DNA from: an uncultured cyanobacterium
Lineage (GTDB): Bacteria > Cyanobacteriota > Cyanobacteriia > PCC-9006 > JAAUQQ01
Length of the DNA: 64,000 bases
NCBI GenBank assembly: GCA_963718615.1
Contig: OY970368.1
Location: 2,272,001-2,336,000, forward strand
Reading direction: 5' to 3'
Both the position numbers and the translations under genes were made by a program. Below the pieces are notes generated by a model. It did no database searches. It was not told where the DNA came from and saw only the letters and a list, made by a program, of their open reading frames with translations. This document shows positions 59,441-64,000 of the stretch, one piece after another (position 1 is the stretch's first letter; the number at the start of each line of letters is the position of its first letter).

Positions 59441-61132
59441 ATGCAGATAAACCAGCAGTTACGGTCCTATGATCCACGGGCGATCGCTCGCTACTACCGT
59501 CATCGTCCCTGGGCTCCAATCGGACGAGCCTTGAAAGTGATTTGGTTTTTCGCAGGGCTATTGTTAGGCCTGCTATGGGACCGCTGGTTTGACCTAGAAC
59601 TCGAAAACCGTCCCGCGCGGGCGTCCCAGCTGCGCCGCATCCTCACAACCTTAGGTCCGACCTTTATCAAGGTGGGGCAGGCGCTCTCTACCCGTCCAGA
59701 TTTAATTCGACCGGATTTCCTCGAAGAGCTGATTAAGCTGCAAGACCAATTGCCGCCCTTTCCAGATGACCAAGCCTTTGCCATTATCGAGCGGGAACTG
59801 GGCATGACGGTGGGAGAAATCTATCGGGAGATTACGCCAAGCCCGGTGGCGGCGGCGAGTCTCGGTCAAGTCTATCGAGCCAAACTTTACAGTGGCGAAG
59901 AGGTCGCAGTTAAAGTCCAGCGGCCCAATTTGGTACCGACGCTGACCTTAGATCTGTATTTGATTCGCTGGGCTGCATCCCGATTTTCACCTTGGCTACC
60001 GCTTAACTTGGGTCATGATCTCACGCTGATCGTCGATGAATTTGGCATCAAGCTGTTTGAAGAAATTGACTATGTTAACGAAGGCCATAATGCTGAGCGA
60101 TTCGATCGCAATTTTGCAGCGCTCGATTATGTCAAAGTCCCGAAGATTTACTGGCGATTTACCACCAGCCGTGTCCTGACGTTGGAATGGATCAAAGGCT
60201 GTAAGCTAACCCTGTCCGAGCTACATTGCGCGGGCTTAGATGCTGACGCAACGGTGCGTGTTGGGGTGATTTCAGGACTTCAACAACTCCTAGAGTTTGG
60301 CTTTTTCCACGCTGATCCCCATCCAGGGAATCTCTTCGCCCTCTTTGCGCCGGAGTCTTCGATGGGAGCCTGTATGGCCTACATTGACTTTGGCATGATG
60401 GACCAACTGGAGGAAGAGACGAAAGAAACGCTGGTCGATGCCGTCGTGCATTTGCTCAATCAGGAATACGATGCCCTGGCCCTGGACTTTGTGCAGCTGG
60501 GATTCCTGGCACCAGAAACCGATATTTACCCCATTGTGCCGGCCTTGGAATCGGTTTTGGGCGACATTATGGGAGAGAGCGTTCAGGACTTCAATTTCAA
60601 GACCGTGACCGATCGCTTCTCAGAATTAATGTACGACTACCCCTTCCGGGTGCCCGCTAAGTTCGCCTTAATCATTCGCTCCCTCGTCACCCAGGAAGGC
60701 TTGGCCCTCAGCGTCAATCCCAATTTCAAAATCGTCGAAGTGGCCTATCCCTATATTGCTCAGCGGTTGCTGACGGGCGAATCTCCTCAACTGCGACGGC
60801 GACTGCTCGATGTGCTCTTTAAGGATGGCACCTTCCGCTGGGAGCGTCTGGAAAATCTCGTTCAGATTGCGCGCACCGATAATCAATTTGACCTGCTACC
60901 CACGGCTCAACTGGGGTTGCAGTACCTGCTCTCGGACGAAGCCAAGGACATTCGGCGACAGATCTTGCTGGCGCTGATCGAAAACGATCGCTTCCATACC
61001 GCAGAAGTTCAGCGGCTCTGGGACCTAGTCAAAGACGAATTTGAGCCCACGCGTCTGTGGAATAGTGCGGTGAATACGCTGGTTGATTTTTCTCGCGCTC
61101 GCGTCGCCGCCCTCTGGCCGGGTCAGGAGTGA
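59441..61132 (+). CDS. ABC1/AarF/UbiB atypical kinase
   Basis: LGPTFIKVGQ, AAASLGQVY, VAVKVQRP, FFHADPHPGN, IDFGM. Confidence 0.95.
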   Translation: MQINQQLRSYDPRAIARYYRHRPWAPIGRALKVIWFFAGLLLGLLWDRWFDLELENRPARASQLRRILTTLGPTFIKVGQALSTRPDLIRPDFLEELIKLQDQLPPFPDDQAFAIIERELGMTVGEIYREITPSPVAAASLGQVYRAKLYSGEEVAVKVQRPNLVPTLTLDLYLIRWAASRFSPWLPLNLGHDLTLIVDEFGIKLFEEIDYVNEGHNAERFDRNFAALDYVKVPKIYWRFTTSRVLTLEWIKGCKLTLSELHCAGLDADATVRVGVISGLQQLLEFGFFHADPHPGNLFALFAPESSMGACMAYIDFGMMDQLEEETKETLVDAVVHLLNQEYDALALDFVQLGFLAPETDIYPIVPALESVLGDIMGESVQDFNFKTVTDRFSELMYDYPFRVPAKFALIIRSLVTQEGLALSVNPNFKIVEVAYPYIAQRLLTGESPQLRRRLLDVLFKDGTFRWERLENLVQIARTDNQFDLLPTAQLGLQYLLSDEAKDIRRQILLALIENDRFHTAEVQRLWDLVKDEFEPTRLWNSAVNTLVDFSRARVAALWPGQE

Positions 61133-61218
61133 TCGCCTACTCGCCCACCAGAGTTGCTAGGGTGCAGGCCAAAAGATCGGTACAATCGTAAAGAAATGTA
61201 TCGATCGCCTGCCCTCCT

Positions 61219-61596
61219 ATGTACGGATATCCCACGCCTCACTACGTGCTTCTGGTTCTAGGTCTCTTTATTGGGATCACCTCTGGTCTTGCCTTTCAAG
61301 AGACGCTGAAGCAGCTCGTTTATCATTGGTCCCGCCAAACTGAAAACCAGGGTTATCTGCCCGATATTCTCAATCGCACCAATCTCCGATTGCCGTTTTT
61401 GGGGATTTTGATTGGGGTTTGTTTGTTTTTATCCTCCGGCGTTGAAGTCTTTGGCTTTGGCACGCTCACGGCCTACGAATTTTCCATGCCCCTAACGCTT
61501 TTGACCGGGCTGTTGGTGTGGAATCAGCTCGAGAAAATTCTCAACCTCCTACAAAAAGGCGGTTCTAAGGCGCTGGATTTAGACGAGGTGTTTTAG
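61219..61596 (+). CDS. Membrane hypothetical protein
   Basis: Three hydrophobic segments; C-terminal GGSKALDLD. Confidence 0.7.
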   Translation: MYGYPTPHYVLLVLGLFIGITSGLAFQETLKQLVYHWSRQTENQGYLPDILNRTNLRLPFLGILIGVCLFLSSGVEVFGFGTLTAYEFSMPLTLLTGLLVWNQLEKILNLLQKGGSKALDLDEVF

Positions 61597-61870
61597 ATAA
61601 GGTCTGTGGAACGGCCCGAGACCGCCTAGCCCCCTTTTGCAAAGGTCGCCAAAACAATCACCGACAGCAAGAGACCGGGGGAAAGAAACATGACCAATTG
61701 GCCCAGATCGTGAAGCGTCATCGTGCCTATCCTAAAAAACTACAAGCGAACAATCCAGCGAATAAAAAGAAAAAGGTCTTGCTTCGAGCTTAGCACCGGA
61801 TTTTAGGGGCGATCGCCCCCAATCCCATTATTTACCTTAAAATTCCTCCCGAAATTCTTCCCGTCAGCCC

Positions 61871-62353
61871 ATGCCCCCCACTGACCTTCTCAGTCTCGAC
61901 AACCTCTTTAGCCTCGCCAATGTCTATGTTCTGCCCTTCTGGGCGCTGATGATCCTATTGCCCCGCTGGCGCTGGACCCAAAAAATCATGGGCTCTCTGC
62001 TGATGTTCGTGCCCCTGGTGATGCTCTATCTCTATTTCATTGCTCACAGCATCGACGCCGAGAGCGCCGCTGCCTTGGCTAACCCGAACCTGAGCGATAT
62101 TGCCCGATTCTTTGGGGCAAAAGGGGCGGCAGCGACGGGGTGGACCCATTTCTTAGTGATGGACCTGTTTGTCGGGCGGTGGGTCTATGGGGAGGGACAG
62201 CGCACGGGCGTTTGGACGCGTCATTCCATTGCCCTCTGCCTGTTTGCGGGTCCCTTGGGCTTGCTCTCCCATATTCTGACTGCTGCGGTGTATCAGCGCT
62301 GGTTTGGGGGCGAAACCCAAGCGTTGCAGGGGGAAAAATGCGCCGAGACCTAA
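61871..62353 (+). CDS. ABA4-like (DUF4281) membrane protein
   Basis: LPFWALMILLP, GWTHFLVMDLFVGRW, LFAGPLGLLSH. Confidence 0.88.
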   Translation: MPPTDLLSLDNLFSLANVYVLPFWALMILLPRWRWTQKIMGSLLMFVPLVMLYLYFIAHSIDAESAAALANPNLSDIARFFGAKGAAATGWTHFLVMDLFVGRWVYGEGQRTGVWTRHSIALCLFAGPLGLLSHILTAAVYQRWFGGETQALQGEKCAET

Positions 62354-63150
62354 GGGCGGTGCGAATTGTCCTGGTTGAACCCGCAGGTCCCCTCAATGTG
62401 GGCTCCGTGGCGCGGGTGATGAAAAACTTTGGCCTAGGGCCGCTAGTCCTGGTTAATCCCCAATGTGATCCCCAATGTGACGAAGCGCTGATGATGGCAG
62501 TGCATGGGCGGGATGTGTTGGAACGGGCGCAGCGGGTAGACCGTTTGCCGGAGGCGTTGGTGGGGGTGCAGCGGGCGATCGCCACCACCGGCTCGGTCCA
62601 TGATCTCCCCACGCCCTTAGAGCCCCCCCGTCAAGTTCTACCCTGGCTACTGGGCTCCTCAGGGGGATCAGGCGGTGTGAACCAGGGCGAACCCTTGAGT
62701 GCAGCCTTAATCTTTGGTCGCGAAGACAGTGGCCTTACCAACCAAGAGTTGCATTATGCCCAGCGACTGCTGCAAATTCCCAGTGATGAAGTCTATCCCT
62801 CGCTGAATTTGGCCCAAGCCGTTGCCGTCTGTTGCTACGAGCTGTCCCAGGCGCTCACTGACTCCGACCCCCAATCTTCCCAATCTCCTAGGGGGTCTGC
62901 CCTGCCCCTCACCGAGCCCCCTGCGGCCCAGGAGGTGTTGGAAGGGTTTTATCAGCAGCTCGAAACCTTGCTCCTGCAAATTGGCTATTTGTATGACCAC
63001 ACGGCTACCCGCCGGATGCAACGGTTTCGCCGTTTGGGACACCGGGCGCAGCTCTCCCACCTGGAAGTACAAATGCTGCGAGGCATCCTCAGTCAGATGG
63101 AATGGGCTATCCGCCAACGGGCTTTACGCGATTTTTCGGCAAACGACTAG
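62338..63150 (+). CDS. SPOUT RNA methyltransferase (TrmJ/LasT type)
   Basis: IVLVEP, NVGSVARVMKNFG, FGREDSGLTN, YPSLNLAQAV. Confidence 0.9.
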   Translation: MRRDLRAVRIVLVEPAGPLNVGSVARVMKNFGLGPLVLVNPQCDPQCDEALMMAVHGRDVLERAQRVDRLPEALVGVQRAIATTGSVHDLPTPLEPPRQVLPWLLGSSGGSGGVNQGEPLSAALIFGREDSGLTNQELHYAQRLLQIPSDEVYPSLNLAQAVAVCCYELSQALTDSDPQSSQSPRGSALPLTEPPAAQEVLEGFYQQLETLLLQIGYLYDHTATRRMQRFRRLGHRAQLSHLEVQMLRGILSQMEWAIRQRALRDFSAND

Positions 63151-63271
63151 AGTATGATGGCCATCAGCCGGGGTTTGTTGACGGCCCCAATGAAAACCTC
63201 GGCACAATCTGATAAGAAGGGGTTAGCATACAGCCGACTTACAACGTTTTGTTTCTAGGGTACAGGTGGCT

Positions 63272-64000
63272 ATGGCCTTGGATGGGAAAAATCAGCCGGA
63301 ACGCCGAAGCACGGGCCGAGCGGGCCAACGGGGCCTTGATTCGCGTGATTCTCAAGCGCGTGACCTTCAAGCAGGTGACCCTCAAACGCTTCAGGGGAAA
63401 AAAAATACTTCTGGTCAGCGGGGCAGTCGTCGTGCTCGGCGACAAAGTGCCGCGCGGGTGCTCGCACCGCCTGAGTCCCGTTCGCTCTTTGGTAAACGAA
63501 GAGATCAATCGACCCCTCTCAACAGCCGTCGCCGTCGTCGTTTGCGATCGCCCCAGCAAACGGCTCTGACTGCGGTGTCTGAAAATCCTGTAGAGCAGCT
63601 AGCCACGGCTCGGTCTGCTACAACTCGGTCTGCCACGACTCGGTCTACCGCGACTCGATCTGCCAGCACTCGGTCTTCTAGCACTCGGTCTTCCACGGTC
63701 CCCCCAAAGGCCAGCCGCCGCCAGCGGGGGCGTCGTCGTCAGCCTGCTAGATCCCGCCCGGTGATTTCGCCACTGCTCTATGTCATGCGTTTGTTGATTG
63801 TCGGCGTGGGGATTGGGGTCATTGCGGGAACGGTGCTTTCTTCGATTGATCCGACGATCCAACAGGCGGCTCAACCTTCGACCGTGGCGATCGCCACAGC
63901 CACCGCTCAAAAGCCTACTCCGACGGGGCTCCAGCTCCGTCAGGAGTTATCTGAACTCAAAAATCGGCTGCAAGCCTTGATGGCCAATGCCCAAGGACTC
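63272..64000 (+). CDS. Membrane-anchored protein, 3' partial (probably class A beta-lactamase-like serine hydrolase)
   Basis: Frame traced by hand, open from ATG 63272 to the window end. Arg/Ser-rich N-terminus, then TM segment LLYVMRLLIVGVGIGVIAGTVL. The catalytic domain is not in the window. Confidence 0.55.
   Translation, partial: MALDGKNQPERRSTGRAGQRGLDSRDSQARDLQAGDPQTLQGKKNTSGQRGSRRARRQSAARVLAPPESRSLFGKRRDQSTPLNSRRRRRLRSPQQTALTAVSENPVEQLATARSATTRSATTRSTATRSASTRSSSTRSSTVPPKASRRQRGRRRQPARSRPVISPLLYVMRLLIVGVGIGVIAGTVLSSIDPTIQQAAQPSTVAIATATAQKPTPTGLQLRQELSELKNRLQALMANAQGL
63606..63695 (+). repeat. Degenerate 15-bp tandem repeat (TRSxx)
   Basis: About six ACTCGGTCT-containing units. Confidence 0.8.

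Overview
Window from a cyanobacterial chromosome, judged by the abundant HIP1 octamer GCGATCGC, hpsA, Uma2, HHL1- and ABA4-like genes and the decarboxylase-cbiT-cdsA cluster. Most of it is housekeeping or ordinary accessory genes. The centre (about 25.6-35.2 kb) is a type I-C CRISPR-Cas locus. Its interference genes (cas3, cas5c, cas8c, cas7) look intact. A DUF433/DUF5615 PIN-type toxin-antitoxin-like pair sits inside the operon. All three adaptation genes are broken by two clean internal deletions, one within cas4 and one joining cas1 to cas2. The array has 22 identical 37-bp repeats whose stem is built from HIP1. Other points worth a look: a stand-alone DdrO/CapH-like repressor with an IrrE/CapP-like peptidase carrying HExxE, divergent from an orphan hpsA; two repeat-like orphan sequences upstream of cas3; a degenerate phosphofructokinase; frameshifted ribD and GIY-YIG-like genes; a Uma2 remnant; a MerR-type promoter before the Cu-ATPase; and an RHH gene with a structured leader. 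All family calls come from motif recognition by eye, not from database searches.
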